A DNA stretch of 64,000 nucleotides from an uncultured Methanoregulaceae archaeon (lineage in GTDB: Archaea > Halobacteriota > Methanomicrobia > Methanomicrobiales > Methanospirillaceae). Positions within the stretch are counted from its first letter, which is position 1, and each line of letters starts with the position of its first letter. The notes beneath the pieces were generated by a model that made no database searches, was not told the origin of the DNA, and saw only the letters and a program-made list of their open reading frames with translations. Below are positions 1 through 10,119 of this stretch, piece after piece. The translations under genes and the position numbers were made by a program. The stretch covers positions 1,152,001-1,216,000 of the forward strand of contig OY969564.1 of NCBI GenBank assembly GCA_963701095.1. The letters are read 5' to 3'.

Positions 1-2
1 CC

Positions 3-590
3 CTCCAGCCCTCGCCAGGCCCGGAAACTACCGGTGATATCTTCGCCCAGTCCACCCCGGCCGGGGCGGCAATTTATGTAAACAGCCAGTATTTCGGTAT
101 ATCGCCGCTCACCATCCCGGACCTCGCCCCGGGCACCTATATTATTAAGGCTATGCTGAACGGTTATGCCGACGATATCCAGCGGATTACCGTCAGTCCG
201 GGCCACGTCTCAATCTATACCCCGGCATTTTATCCATCCCCGCCACCCATCGGATCCGGACAGGGAATTATCGCCGTGTACTGCAATGTTGATGGAGCGC
301 AGGTCTATTTCGACAATGCCTTTGAGGGAAATGTCTCAAATGGTGTTCTCTTCGTGCCCGTTGCCACCACCGGCACACCGGTCCAGTCGTACCGGGTCCA
401 GAATACCGGGTATATTCCCTATACCGGTTCAATAACCCAGTGGCCGACAAACGGTGAAACGGTCAAAGTAACAGCAACGCTCGTCCCGTCATCGGTACCC
501 ACAACACATACACCGCTTCCCGTGCCCGTTACCATCGGTGCACTAATTGGCGCCGGTGCAGTCTTCCTTATAGCAAGAAAAACCCGGTAA
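3..590 (+). CDS. PEGA-domain surface protein, C-terminal part (5' end outside window), with C-terminal sorting/TM anchor
   Basis: Frame is open from nt 3 (DIFAQSTPAGAAIYVNSQYFGISPLTIPDLAPGTY, a PEGA repeat), with a second PEGA-like unit. It ends in a Pro/Thr linker, a TM helix and a basic tail (RKTR). Confidence 0.8.
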   Translation, partial: LQPSPGPETTGDIFAQSTPAGAAIYVNSQYFGISPLTIPDLAPGTYIIKAMLNGYADDIQRITVSPGHVSIYTPAFYPSPPPIGSGQGIIAVYCNVDGAQVYFDNAFEGNVSNGVLFVPVATTGTPVQSYRVQNTGYIPYTGSITQWPTNGETVKVTATLVPSSVPTTHTPLPVPVTIGALIGAGAVFLIARKTR

Positions 591-623
591 TATCCCTTAA
601 CCTATTTTTCACCGTTCTCTGGG

Positions 624-1595
624 CTAACGGGGATCCATCTTTGCCATAGTGACGACGATCTCGCTGATGATTCCCGCAATCTTCTGCATCCGGGGATCCT
701 TGTCATCGCTGGTAATACTGGTAATCTCCCCCAGCTGCGTGAGCATTTTCTCGTAGCTTTCCCGTATCTCGAGCAGTTTCTGTTCGCTTGCCAGCTCCCG
801 GGACACATCGCGAAGAATCACCACAACGTAGCGGGCCGTATCCCCCTCGATAAGAGGTATTCGCATCACGGAATATGTTGCCCGGCGGTCATCTATGATG
901 ATCATCTTTTCCGACTGTTTCATCCGCCGGGTCTCAAGAACCACCAGGTAATCCCGGGGATTACCCAAAAACGAAAGGGATGCACCCTCAAAGACGGACA
1001 CATCTCTTTGTGAAGTGAGATACCCCATCTTTTCGAAAAGGTGTTCGAGGGCAGTATTGAAATAGACCAGATGCATTTCCCGGTTGAGCACAAAAACCGG
1101 GAGATCGATAAGGTCAAGGACCTTTTTTTCAATCGCTGCCGGATAGCGGAGTTTTTCTTCCGGAACAGAAGCTGGTTCTTCGTTTTCTGCAACCTGCCGG
1201 GTTTCATCCCGGTGCTGCAGAAGCCGGTGCTTGTAGAGGGCTATCTCGATCGTGGAATGGAGCTCCCGATCCCGGAATGGCTTCGTGAGATAGCCGTACG
1301 GGCGGGTTTTCATCGCCCGTTTGAAGGTTTTTTCATCAGAATGTGCCGTGAGGTAGACAATCGGGATATGGTACAACCCGGTAATTTCCTCTGCGGTGGC
1401 AATCCCGTCTTTTTCACCCTGAATCCTGATATCCATCAGGATCAGGTCGGGACGGGTTTCTCCGGCCATTTTTATTGCATCCTCGGACGTCGAAACCGTA
1501 TCAACAACAACATATCCCATCGTCTGGAGGGCGTCCTCGATCGTCATTGCAACAATGGTTTCATCTTCCACAATCAGAATCCGTTTATCAGGCAT
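624..1595 (-). CDS. Response regulator (receiver + PAS-like domain)
   Basis: ILIVEDE...PDLILMDI...LTA...YLTKPF receiver motifs. ATG at 1595 overlaps the upstream kinase stop. Confidence 0.85.
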   Translation of the reverse strand: MPDKRILIVEDETIVAMTIEDALQTMGYVVVDTVSTSEDAIKMAGETRPDLILMDIRIQGEKDGIATAEEITGLYHIPIVYLTAHSDEKTFKRAMKTRPYGYLTKPFRDRELHSTIEIALYKHRLLQHRDETRQVAENEEPASVPEEKLRYPAAIEKKVLDLIDLPVFVLNREMHLVYFNTALEHLFEKMGYLTSQRDVSVFEGASLSFLGNPRDYLVVLETRRMKQSEKMIIIDDRRATYSVMRIPLIEGDTARYVVVILRDVSRELASEQKLLEIRESYEKMLTQLGEITSITSDDKDPRMQKIAGIISEIVVTMAKMDPR

Positions 1596-3231
1596 CGTGT
1601 TCACCAGATCCTGCGCTCCTTTGAACCGATGCGGGTGCAGCCGGTACCTCCGGGAAACGCATCTGAAAAGATGTGCCCTTATCAGACAGGATTGTAACGT
1701 CTCCTTTGAGCTGATTCCGCACAAGCCTCATGACCAGTTTGAGCCCAAGGCTTTTGATCTGGGCAATATTCATGCCCGGTGGTAAACCCACTCCATCGTC
1801 GCTAACTATGAGCGAGAGCATCGTTCCCGATTCACGGTGGAGGCTGATCCGGATCCGCCCCTGGGTACGTCCCACAAACGCGTGTTTGAGGGCATTTATC
1901 ACCAGTTCGTTGATAATGAGACTGGCAGGGATGGCCATATTCATATCGAGAGTCATATCGTCTACATCTAGATCCAGATCGATATGCACTTCGTGGTCAT
2001 CTGACATCACAAGGGTATTGGCAAGGTTAGAGATATGCAGCCGGGCGTTGATGTTTGCCAGGTTATTTGACTGGTACAGGCTTTCATGCACGAGCGCCAT
2101 GGTGATCACCCGTGTCTCGCATTCATGCAGCGCCTCCAGTGCCTGCTTATTGGTAATCTGCCGTGCCTGGAGCCGGATCAGCCCGGAGATAATCTGGAGG
2201 TTGTTCTTTACCCGGTGGTGGATCTCCATGATTAGGATGGATTTTTCGTCGAGCGATGCCTTAAGCGTCTTTTCGTATTCTTTTCTGTTATCGATATCCA
2301 CAACGGTTCCAACATACCCGGTAATCAGGGCCGCCTGATTCTGTGTTCTTTTTGTAATATCTACAACAGTTCCTACAATTGCCGGCTGTTCCAGGAAAGT
2401 CCCTCTCATCCAGGAAAGTTCAACGATGATCCGTGTCCCGTCCTTTTTTATGCCATGGAACGTGTAATACCCGGGCTCGTCAGGTTCCTCTGTTTTCTGC
2501 TGCAAATGCTGTTCGACAAGTGCCCGGTCTTCTTGTGCGACGAGGAGATCCAGGAACGGTCTGTTGGCGAGATCGTTTCGTAAATACCCGAATATTTTGG
2601 CAAACCAGGGGTTAAGAAAGGTTATGCGCCGGTCCTGCAGCAGGAAGATACCGATAGTTGAATTTTCAACGGGTATCTGATAGATCTCAACCATCATCTG
2701 GCGATGGATCGCTGCACCAAGGATATCCGCTACCGTTTTGAGAGCATCGATCTCGATCTTCGTCAAAACCTGATCTTTTTGGCCCTCCTCGAAAGACAGG
2801 AACCCCCACAAGAGGTAGTCTATCATGATAGGAATGTTTACCACCGGACTCTGTCGAATTTTTCTTGTTGGCCTTTCGAAAAAGAGGGGCGGTCCGGCTG
2901 CGGAAAGACTGGCCGGCCTGCCTTTTGAAAGATCCTGAAACGCCTCTGGGAACAAACGGCTAAACGGGATGCTCTGTGCGGTTGTAGTTCCGGTCCAAGG
3001 CTCTAACGAAGGCCGCGTCCACTCAGATTTCAGGCTGATGCAAAATTTTTCGTCGTGATGAGGACAGGGTTGGTTTTGGAAAACACAGACACGAAAAGCA
3101 TCAGTGGCATGCCCCAGACGCTCCATGACTTCCGGGACCTCGTTTGTCCAGATCGAGCCATGGAGCGGGTCTTTGAGCAAACAAGACGCAGAAAATTGGA
3201 TTGCTTCGAGAATGGCTTCCCGGTGGCTCAT
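1588..3231 (-). CDS. GAF-PAS sensor histidine kinase (HisKA_2 type)
   Basis: EIHHRVKNNLQ H-box, NELVINALKHAF N-box, DDGVG and SLGLKLV G-boxes; one PAS and an N-terminal GAF-like region. Confidence 0.9.
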   Translation of the reverse strand: MSHREAILEAIQFSASCLLKDPLHGSIWTNEVPEVMERLGHATDAFRVCVFQNQPCPHHDEKFCISLKSEWTRPSLEPWTGTTTAQSIPFSRLFPEAFQDLSKGRPASLSAAGPPLFFERPTRKIRQSPVVNIPIMIDYLLWGFLSFEEGQKDQVLTKIEIDALKTVADILGAAIHRQMMVEIYQIPVENSTIGIFLLQDRRITFLNPWFAKIFGYLRNDLANRPFLDLLVAQEDRALVEQHLQQKTEEPDEPGYYTFHGIKKDGTRIIVELSWMRGTFLEQPAIVGTVVDITKRTQNQAALITGYVGTVVDIDNRKEYEKTLKASLDEKSILIMEIHHRVKNNLQIISGLIRLQARQITNKQALEALHECETRVITMALVHESLYQSNNLANINARLHISNLANTLVMSDDHEVHIDLDLDVDDMTLDMNMAIPASLIINELVINALKHAFVGRTQGRIRISLHRESGTMLSLIVSDDGVGLPPGMNIAQIKSLGLKLVMRLVRNQLKGDVTILSDKGTSFQMRFPEVPAAPASVQRSAGSGEHDA

Positions 3232-3540
3232 ATACCCTGTGTCCTCCTGTGAATATTCCTGATGCCCCCGGTATCGGCGGTGTAATATTCAACGGCAAAT
3301 TAGACAGACCTGATTATAACAGATCAACTATACCTAATTATTGCACATATAAATCCATCGAATCGATAGAAACCTGTGAGCCAGCAGCAGATTATTGTTT
3401 TCAAGGATGTTTTTCAATGAATTTGCTTTTTTGTGCAGTTTATGAAAATTAAAAAAGAATGGCAATGACCAAACAATTTTTTTTGTGATATCTCCCTTTC
3501 GGTTGAAAAAGGATATAGGGGATTATCCATTAAATCTTTT

Positions 3541-3819
3541 TTACAAAGACGCCGGAGGATTTTCCATCTTCCGTGGTGTTCTGCACTCGCGGATAATCAG
3601 GTAAAGCAGGTCTACCAGGAATCCGAAGAAGGGCAGGATAGCAAGAATGGTCCAGACCGGCCCAAGCATCTTCTGTTCTTTTGCGTCCCGGTAGATAAGG
3701 AACGCGATAAGCAGCTGTACGACCCAGATCCCGATCATCAGGAACACCCCGAAGAACGGATGGGCATGCGTGGGATACATCGTGGAACCCATCGTGTGAT
3801 ACATCATGTACGGTGGCAT
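3541..3819 (-). CDS. Small membrane protein (2 TM, Met/His-rich N-terminus)
   Basis: ORF with two hydrophobic helices and an IYRDA motif; ATG at 3819 chosen. Confidence 0.6.
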   Translation of the reverse strand: MPPYMMYHTMGSTMYPTHAHPFFGVFLMIGIWVVQLLIAFLIYRDAKEQKMLGPVWTILAILPFFGFLVDLLYLIIRECRTPRKMENPPASL

Positions 3820-4015
3820 ATGTAAAGTATACGTTACATCAGCGTATATGCTTTTCACTGTTAACACTAATCCGGATTATTAGTAATTCAAGGAATTTTT
3901 TTTGATTTGACGCTCATGTGCCGTTATTATCGATCTGATTTCTTTGGCTGGGATAACCACATAACTGGGTACAGCCACAACGATTTTCCCTTTACACAGA
4001 CTTTAAGAAAATATC

Positions 4016-4633
4016 ATGAACGGGAAAATACTGTGGCTTTTTACCGGGGCACTTATTTTCCTGTACATTCTTTCAGCCGGGTGTATCGCCCCACAATCCG
4101 CAGTGAATACCACGGAACCAGTAAATATCATTGATACCGTCACTCCGGTGATCCTCACTACTCCCCTCGTATCTGTGCCTGTCACCCCGATTACAACTAC
4201 AACAACTCCCACAATACCATCAACAACCTTCGCAGTCCCGGTTTCGGAACCGGTCGTCACACTGACGACAAAATCTATCCCGTATCCCACGATGTCATCA
4301 ATCTACCTCTACGGTGTCAATGCGTACGTTGCACCTCTTGCTTTTGACAATCAGGGTACGATAACAAAAGGAAATATCACGATATCAGGACTCATCCAGT
4401 CCCTTTCATCCTATCCGTTGCAGGTCGTCATGAGAGGTGAGGTAATAGGTGCGCATCCCCCGACTATGCCTCCCCGGGCCACGGCATACCAGACAGTGAC
4501 AATCACACCCCACGGGGTTGCAGGATTCGTTCTCGAGATGGACGACTATGTGTTCAACTATCGGCTGGATTATGCCTTTGCACACGAGACCTACAATATT
4601 ACGGTGATGAACATCTCCATTGCGCAATCGTAA
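4016..4633 (+). CDS. Secreted lipoprotein with Thr/Pro-rich linker
   Basis: Signal peptide with SAGC lipobox and a T/P-rich stretch. Confidence 0.7.
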   Translation: MNGKILWLFTGALIFLYILSAGCIAPQSAVNTTEPVNIIDTVTPVILTTPLVSVPVTPITTTTTPTIPSTTFAVPVSEPVVTLTTKSIPYPTMSSIYLYGVNAYVAPLAFDNQGTITKGNITISGLIQSLSSYPLQVVMRGEVIGAHPPTMPPRATAYQTVTITPHGVAGFVLEMDDYVFNYRLDYAFAHETYNITVMNISIAQS

Positions 4634-4644
4634 CGTGAAAAAAA

Positions 4645-5091
4645 TCACGTCACAAACCGATCCTGCCAGACATAGGTCTTCTCAGTCACCAGTCCGCATT
4701 CCCCGAAAAATGCTGAGAGGAATGTATCAGATTCGGCAACAAGCGTAGTCAGGTACGTGATTTTTCGTTCCCGGAGGAGATCAAGAAGGGCCTGCATCAA
4801 AAGATGGCCGAACCCTTGACCCCGGGATGTAGGACAGACGTAGAAATTATCAAGGTATACCCAATGAAAGGACATAATCTTGCAAAAGCAAAAGCCTACT
4901 AGGTCTCCATCGTTTTCAAGGACAAGCAAGAGATTTTCGTCCGGTGAAGCGATCCATTCTGCCAGTTCCTCTCGCTCGTAGAACCGGATTGTTTTGTTTA
5001 CGCCAAAGGCCGGTTCTTTTATACCAAGAGAAAAGATGGCATCAATATCGGTAGAGATTGCATGCCGGACAATAGCCGTCAAATCGCTCAC
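4645..5091 (-). CDS. GNAT family N-acetyltransferase
   Basis: FYVCPTSRGQGFG acetyl-CoA binding motif A. Confidence 0.85.
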   Translation of the reverse strand: MSDLTAIVRHAISTDIDAIFSLGIKEPAFGVNKTIRFYEREELAEWIASPDENLLLVLENDGDLVGFCFCKIMSFHWVYLDNFYVCPTSRGQGFGHLLMQALLDLLRERKITYLTTLVAESDTFLSAFFGECGLVTEKTYVWQDRFVT

Positions 5092-5480
5092 TCCTCTTGT
5101 ATCTCATAATATTTCCTGTCATGGACGCAGAGAATACTTTTATTAAAAGCCCATTTTTTATGTTCATTTTCCATGAATTTTTCGATTCCCTGATCACGGA
5201 TATATTCAAGGTTTTCAATTTCGCTCATACCATACCTCGTCCGGTACCTGGTATCCAGATGTCTCAATCGCTCGCAGGGAAACTCCTGACAGGTGTAACA
5301 AAACGGTCCTTTACGTTTGTTGCACGTCCGTAACCGACACTGTACCCGGGATTTGGATTGGTCAGGCGTCATCGCGTTACACCCGGGACAAGCATTTTTC
5401 CGGCGTAAATGTACTTTGCAGATCCCACAATTCATCCCGCAGGGCGCAATGAGATTGTTGTCAAATGCTGGGTTTACCAT
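5088..5480 (-). CDS. Cys-rich DUF3795-like protein
   Basis: IAPCGMNCGIC...CPGC...C..C...FCYTCQEFPC pattern. Confidence 0.75.
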   Translation of the reverse strand: MVNPAFDNNLIAPCGMNCGICKVHLRRKNACPGCNAMTPDQSKSRVQCRLRTCNKRKGPFCYTCQEFPCERLRHLDTRYRTRYGMSEIENLEYIRDQGIEKFMENEHKKWAFNKSILCVHDRKYYEIQEE

Positions 5481-5829
5481 GCTTTTTCCACCAGAAAGCA
5501 ATAAGAGGGATTGCAAACATCAGCAGGTAATAGATGTACACGTCCGGTTTGTAGTATATCTCCGGTTTCAGTAACAAAACGATAAAGACATAATCGCATA
5601 GTGTGGCTATCACAGTCCAGACCACTGCTACCATCAGATAATACCGGAAATATTCACTATTTATCTGTTTGAACAAGACCCAGAACATGATGATAATACC
5701 GACCGGAAGGATCGCCCAGCCAATCAGTGAAAGGGGAAGCACAAAAAACAGGATGATACCCAGAACATAACCGATAAACCAAAGAAGAAGACCCCAGCCT
5801 AACGTATCGATGAGTACTTTTTTATCCAT
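5461..5829 (-). CDS. Hypothetical 4-TM membrane protein
   Basis: Four hydrophobic segments; overlaps the downstream gene as in an operon. Confidence 0.7.
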   Translation of the reverse strand: MDKKVLIDTLGWGLLLWFIGYVLGIILFFVLPLSLIGWAILPVGIIIMFWVLFKQINSEYFRYYLMVAVVWTVIATLCDYVFIVLLLKPEIYYKPDVYIYYLLMFAIPLIAFWWKKHGKPSI

Positions 5830-5939
5830 AGGATTACCGTATTTCGAATATTATCCTGATGGGGATTAAACTGGTGCTTTTGAACCTGATGGATCACGCA
5901 GTTCTAAAAAATAAGGGAAAAAAGTCCCTTTATTCCTGA

Positions 5940-6833
5940 TTAATACCCGTGAAGCTCGGCGTCAATCTTATCCAGTTGGGCAATCCGCTTTTCCAGCGGC
6001 GGATGAGTGGCGAAGAGCTCCATGATTTTATTCCCGGAAAGGGCAGGGATGATGAAAAATGCGTTTGCGCCCTGGATCTTCGCCTTTGCCTGCGGCGGTA
6101 CCACGTCCATTCTGGTGCTGATTTTATTCAACGCAGAAATGAGTGCCTTAGGATTTCCCGTGATGAGCGCACTGCCCCGGTCTGCTGCAAATTCCCGGTA
6201 CCGGGAGAGTGCAAGCATCAGGAGAGTTGCAACAACCCAGACGACGACGGAAGCTAACCCGATAATTATCAGGCCACCGCCGTTCCTTCGCCCCCCGCCA
6301 CTGGTTCCGCCCAACAATGCAGAGAATAAAAGACTCTGCATAATCATCGAAGCGATCATTGCAACGAAACTCGCAAGCGTCATCGTGAGTATATCGCGGT
6401 TCTTTACATGGGAAAGTTCGTGAGCCAGAACTGCCTCCAGTTCATCCCGATTGAGCATTTTCAGGATCGAGTCGGTGCAGGCAACCACCGCATGTTTTGG
6501 GCTTCGACCCGTTGCAAATGCATTGGGTACCGGACTTGGCATGATCGCGATCCGTGGCATCGGAAGATCCGCTTCTTTACACAGTTTCTCGACTATTTGG
6601 TGGAGCTCAGGATATTCATCTTCGCTCACGATGCGGGCTTTCGTACTCCAAAGCACCAGCTGGGCCGAGAAGAAATACTGGACAAATGCAAATCCAACGG
6701 CAAGAAGTATTATCAAACCGAACCCGGCGCCGTATTCAAAGAGAATTGTCATAAATACGAGATAGACAATGAACAGCAGGAACATTGTCATCCATACCCG
6801 GGCGGTCAAACCCCAATCACGTTTCCATTCCAT
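5940..6833 (-). CDS. htpX: Zinc metalloprotease HtpX (M48)
   Basis: PNAFATG, AHELSH (HExxH), SRYREFAAD and FATHPPLEKRI motifs. Confidence 0.95.
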   Translation of the reverse strand: MEWKRDWGLTARVWMTMFLLFIVYLVFMTILFEYGAGFGLIILLAVGFAFVQYFFSAQLVLWSTKARIVSEDEYPELHQIVEKLCKEADLPMPRIAIMPSPVPNAFATGRSPKHAVVACTDSILKMLNRDELEAVLAHELSHVKNRDILTMTLASFVAMIASMIMQSLLFSALLGGTSGGGRRNGGGLIIIGLASVVVWVVATLLMLALSRYREFAADRGSALITGNPKALISALNKISTRMDVVPPQAKAKIQGANAFFIIPALSGNKIMELFATHPPLEKRIAQLDKIDAELHGY

Positions 6834-6996
6834 ATTTGTTCCCTCCCCGGAGATTCATTTCCTCATTCTATAGCTAACCATGATCGCTCAATCCTATATT
6901 GTTTGTCTTGGTATCCTGATAAGAGTGCAGATGATGACCAATGTTTCTGAAGTAAAATTTCGTTTTAAAAAAGACGATTTTTGTAATTCCGTTTTA

Positions 6997-7569
6997 TTAA
7001 ATCACGTACGGAATAAGCGCTTTTATTTCCCTCTTGTACCGGGCATATTCCTCGCCGAACTCCTCCTCAAGGAACTTTTCCTCAATCCGGAATTTTATAA
7101 CGAAAAGGACAAAGATCAGGGGAACGCAGCAAAAGACCCATACATACCCGATACCGATAGCAGTCCCAAAAAACGCAAGGATGAGCCCCGAGTAGATGGG
7201 ATGGCGGACAAAACTGTACGGTCCCGTGCGAGTGATAGTATGCTCCTCGCGGATAACCGGCATCCCGCTCCAGTTCTTTCCCAGGTGGACCCGGGCCCAA
7301 ATGGCAAATGCAAGACCGGCGACCGTGATAATCAAGCCGGCGATGGTGAACCCGATCCCTGCAGGGATTATCCGGTCGCTCATTAAATCGGGCACAAACA
7401 CAGTGACGAGAATTACCCAGATTACGACCCAGACGCCTCCATAGGATAAAAATGCGAATCGCGACTGTTTTCTTTTTACCGGCGACCGGGTGATCCATGC
7501 TGAGACCAGCCAGTAAATGTAGAACGCGACCCAGACAAGGAGAAAAAGGAGATCAGCAGCGATTTGCAT
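6997..7569 (-). CDS. Isoprenylcysteine carboxyl methyltransferase (ICMT/Ste14) family protein
   Basis: TGPYSFVRHPIYSG, EEKFL and YARYK motifs. Confidence 0.9.
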   Translation of the reverse strand: MQIAADLLFLLVWVAFYIYWLVSAWITRSPVKRKQSRFAFLSYGGVWVVIWVILVTVFVPDLMSDRIIPAGIGFTIAGLIITVAGLAFAIWARVHLGKNWSGMPVIREEHTITRTGPYSFVRHPIYSGLILAFFGTAIGIGYVWVFCCVPLIFVLFVIKFRIEEKFLEEEFGEEYARYKREIKALIPYVI

Positions 7570-7734
7570 CGTTTCCTCCCCGCAGGGATATCAGTGCTTT
7601 TCGGTAGGCAGGAAAAGGAGTCATGACGGGTTTGCTCTGAATTTAATATGATATATCTGGAGGGAACGAAAAAAAGTATTCCCATATCGAAAGGACGCAG
7701 GCATCGATCCAAACACGCTTTCGTGCAGATTTCA

Positions 7735-8229
7735 TTATTTTTCGGGTTCGAGCCGTAGCAGAACTGCATCCCCATCCTTCCGCGTGGAAACGAGAAAGTT
7801 TTCTTTTACCTTGGTGCCATTCTCGTTCCGGATAAGCATAGCAGATCGGCGGGTTATCTCTTTTCCTGAAGTATAGGTCTCGATCACCGATGATCTGATG
7901 ACACAATCCGGGCAATTAGCGGTCTTACCACATCCCTCGGGAAGACATGCATTAATACATTCAAGAACATCGCCACAGAGTTTTTCTTTCATTAATGCTA
8001 CCGGTTTTTTCGCGGCCACCGTCGCAAGGGTATTTGCCGCAAGGACATTTGCATCACCGTCAACGAGAAGAACAGGTGCGTCAAACATATTGAGAAATTT
8101 CTTAAGATTAAAGCCATATTCCGAAAAAATTCTTTGAAAACAGGAGTTACAAACACCGTGATTTGCACCCTTGCGAGAGGAGGGTTCTTCACTGATAATC
8201 GTGTTGCAGAATGCGCAGATCGTCTTCAT
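7735..8229 (-). CDS. Cys-rich protein: N-terminal Zn ribbon + PAS-like domain
   Basis: CAFC...HGVCNSC, then PVLLVDGDANVLAAN (PAS start) and C-x3-C-x4-C-x5-CxxC. Confidence 0.7.
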   Translation of the reverse strand: MKTICAFCNTIISEEPSSRKGANHGVCNSCFQRIFSEYGFNLKKFLNMFDAPVLLVDGDANVLAANTLATVAAKKPVALMKEKLCGDVLECINACLPEGCGKTANCPDCVIRSSVIETYTSGKEITRRSAMLIRNENGTKVKENFLVSTRKDGDAVLLRLEPEK

Positions 8230-8303
8230 AGCCGGTCAGAGAATTAAATATAAATATGATTTAGATTTATATTTTTGGCTTTAAAATTCTCTTTGTCGGA
8301 GAT

Positions 8304-9059
8304 CTACATCCTCAGCGGCAAGGTTTTCTTGTGCAAAAGCATCGTGGCGATAGTAAACGCAACCGTAAATACGGCCAGTGCGCCGATATCGATCCATACG
8401 GAGAAGTAATGGGTCTCGGTAAACGAGTACCGGACAAGATCGGTGAAGTAGGTGAGTGGAGAACACGCGGAAAGCGCTATGCCCCATGACGGTAACTGGT
8501 CGAGCGGAACGAAAATACCCGAGATGAAGATGAGCGGGAACTTGATGAGTAAGGAAAGCGTCATGGGAGTCGATGGCTCGTCCGTTGGTGGGGCAGCAAT
8601 AAACATCCCTATTGCAGAAAAACACCATGCTGCAAGGAGGATTGAAACAATCAGGATAATCCCGTGTACCAGGGAAAGACCCAGAATCAACGAGATGAAA
8701 ACCGTGATTATCGTGATGCTCAAACCAAAAAGAATAGAGGCGATCATATCGCCAAGGACAATTGCTTCGACGGTTATAGGGCACGAAATGAGCCGTTCCA
8801 GAGTCCCATGTCTTCCTTCCCAGGAGAAAATAGCTGGTGATAACGCAGTAGACGTGAAAAGCAGGGTTACGCCTACAAGACCCGGCAACAGGAAAGTAAG
8901 CGGAAGCTGCTTGTTCCCTGCAAAGAAGGCAAGGAAGAGGAAAACGGGCATGAGAATGCCGAAGATAAGCACAGAATTCTTTGCGTAATAGAGGCGGATA
9001 TCTTTCTTTGCGATCGCCCATGCACGCCGTAGCTGCTCGGAAAGTCCTGCCGGGTTCAC
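8304..9059 (-). CDS. ABC-2 type exporter permease
   Basis: Six TM helices; GTLERL and FISGIFVP...LPSW...SPLTY motifs. Confidence 0.9.
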   Translation of the reverse strand: MNPAGLSEQLRRAWAIAKKDIRLYYAKNSVLIFGILMPVFLFLAFFAGNKQLPLTFLLPGLVGVTLLFTSTALSPAIFSWEGRHGTLERLISCPITVEAIVLGDMIASILFGLSITIITVFISLILGLSLVHGIILIVSILLAAWCFSAIGMFIAAPPTDEPSTPMTLSLLIKFPLIFISGIFVPLDQLPSWGIALSACSPLTYFTDLVRYSFTETHYFSVWIDIGALAVFTVAFTIATMLLHKKTLPLRM

Positions 9060-9984
9060 GAGGAGCCTCCTTCTGTCAGTCTGAGGAACGCCTCGTCAAG
9101 GGAAGGTGCAAGGGTGTTGAGGGTGACAATTGCTGCATGGTTTTGCTGGCTTACGGTGACGAGAGCCCTGATAGTTGAATCTTTATCCTGGGTGATGAGC
9201 TGCCATTTATCACCGGCTCGTTCAACGCTGGTCACTCCGCTCAGCCCGGTGAGAGCAGCCCCGGTTACTTCACGGTCAAAACTTACTTCTATCCTGTACA
9301 CGCGGTCGATTGCGGTCTTGAGTTTCTCCGGGGCGTCGAGGGCAACAATCGTTCCGGCCCGGATAATGCCAACACGGTGGCAGAGCTGGTTTGCCTCTTC
9401 CATGTTGTGTGTGGTGAGAAAAATCGTCGTGCCGTTCCGGTTCAGGTCCCGGAGCAGGGCGTGGATCATATGATTGCTCTGGACATCGAGACCGCTAGTG
9501 GGTTCATCAAGGAAAAGGAGTTCCGGTTCGTGGATGAGCGCCATAGCAAGAATGAGCCGCTGTTTCATTCCTTTGGAAAATGCCAGTACTTTCTGGTCTT
9601 TACGGTCAAGAAGCCCGAGCATCCCCAAAAGTTCGGTTGACCGCAGGGCTGCCCGGGCCGGGGGAGACCGTAGAGCTCGCTCATCAGCATCAGGTTCTGC
9701 CATGCAGTGAGATCGGTGTAGGCATTCGAGGTTTCGGGAACAACCCCGAATCCTTGTTTTGCAAGCACCGGCTCGGACCGGATATCATGGCCAAGAATTA
9801 TTGCGGTCCCGCTGTCCGGGGGGATTACGCCATTTAACATCCGGGTCGTCGTCGTTTTTCCCGCACCGTTGGGACCTAAAAAACCAAAGATCTCGCCTTC
9901 CCGCACGTCAAACGAGACATGGTCTACGGCAGTATGTGTGCCATACACTTTTGTCAGGCCTGATGCATGGATTACCGGTGCTAT
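9056..9984 (-). CDS. ABC exporter ATP-binding protein (DrrA-like); frameshift at about 9660; possible ATA start
   Basis: GPNGAGKTT lies in ORF 9565-9948, while FSKGMKQ and LFLDEPT lie in ORF 9056-9703; one missing base joins them. Confidence 0.85.
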
Positions 9985-10119
9985 GATTTTTCCCCCTAAA
10001 AACCGGGCAATACTTAATGGTGGTCATTTGATGACAGCATTATTTATAGTTCATGAAATTGCGATGGGACGTATAAGAGTGAAAGGAAAAAGAGGGCACC
10101 TTGCAGCAGGTCCAATAAC

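Noticed and set aside
624..626. Pyrrolysine/selenocysteine recoding at TAG/TGA stops (e.g. 624, 49432)
   Set aside because: No pyl/sel genes or SECIS-like elements were seen, and the positions are not catalytic Cys/Lys sites.
1041..1697. Long antisense/overlapping ORFs in the track (e.g. 1041-1697, 8281-9021, 45701-46378, 44057-44689)
   Set aside because: They are shadows of well-supported genes on the other strand or frame and carry no motifs.
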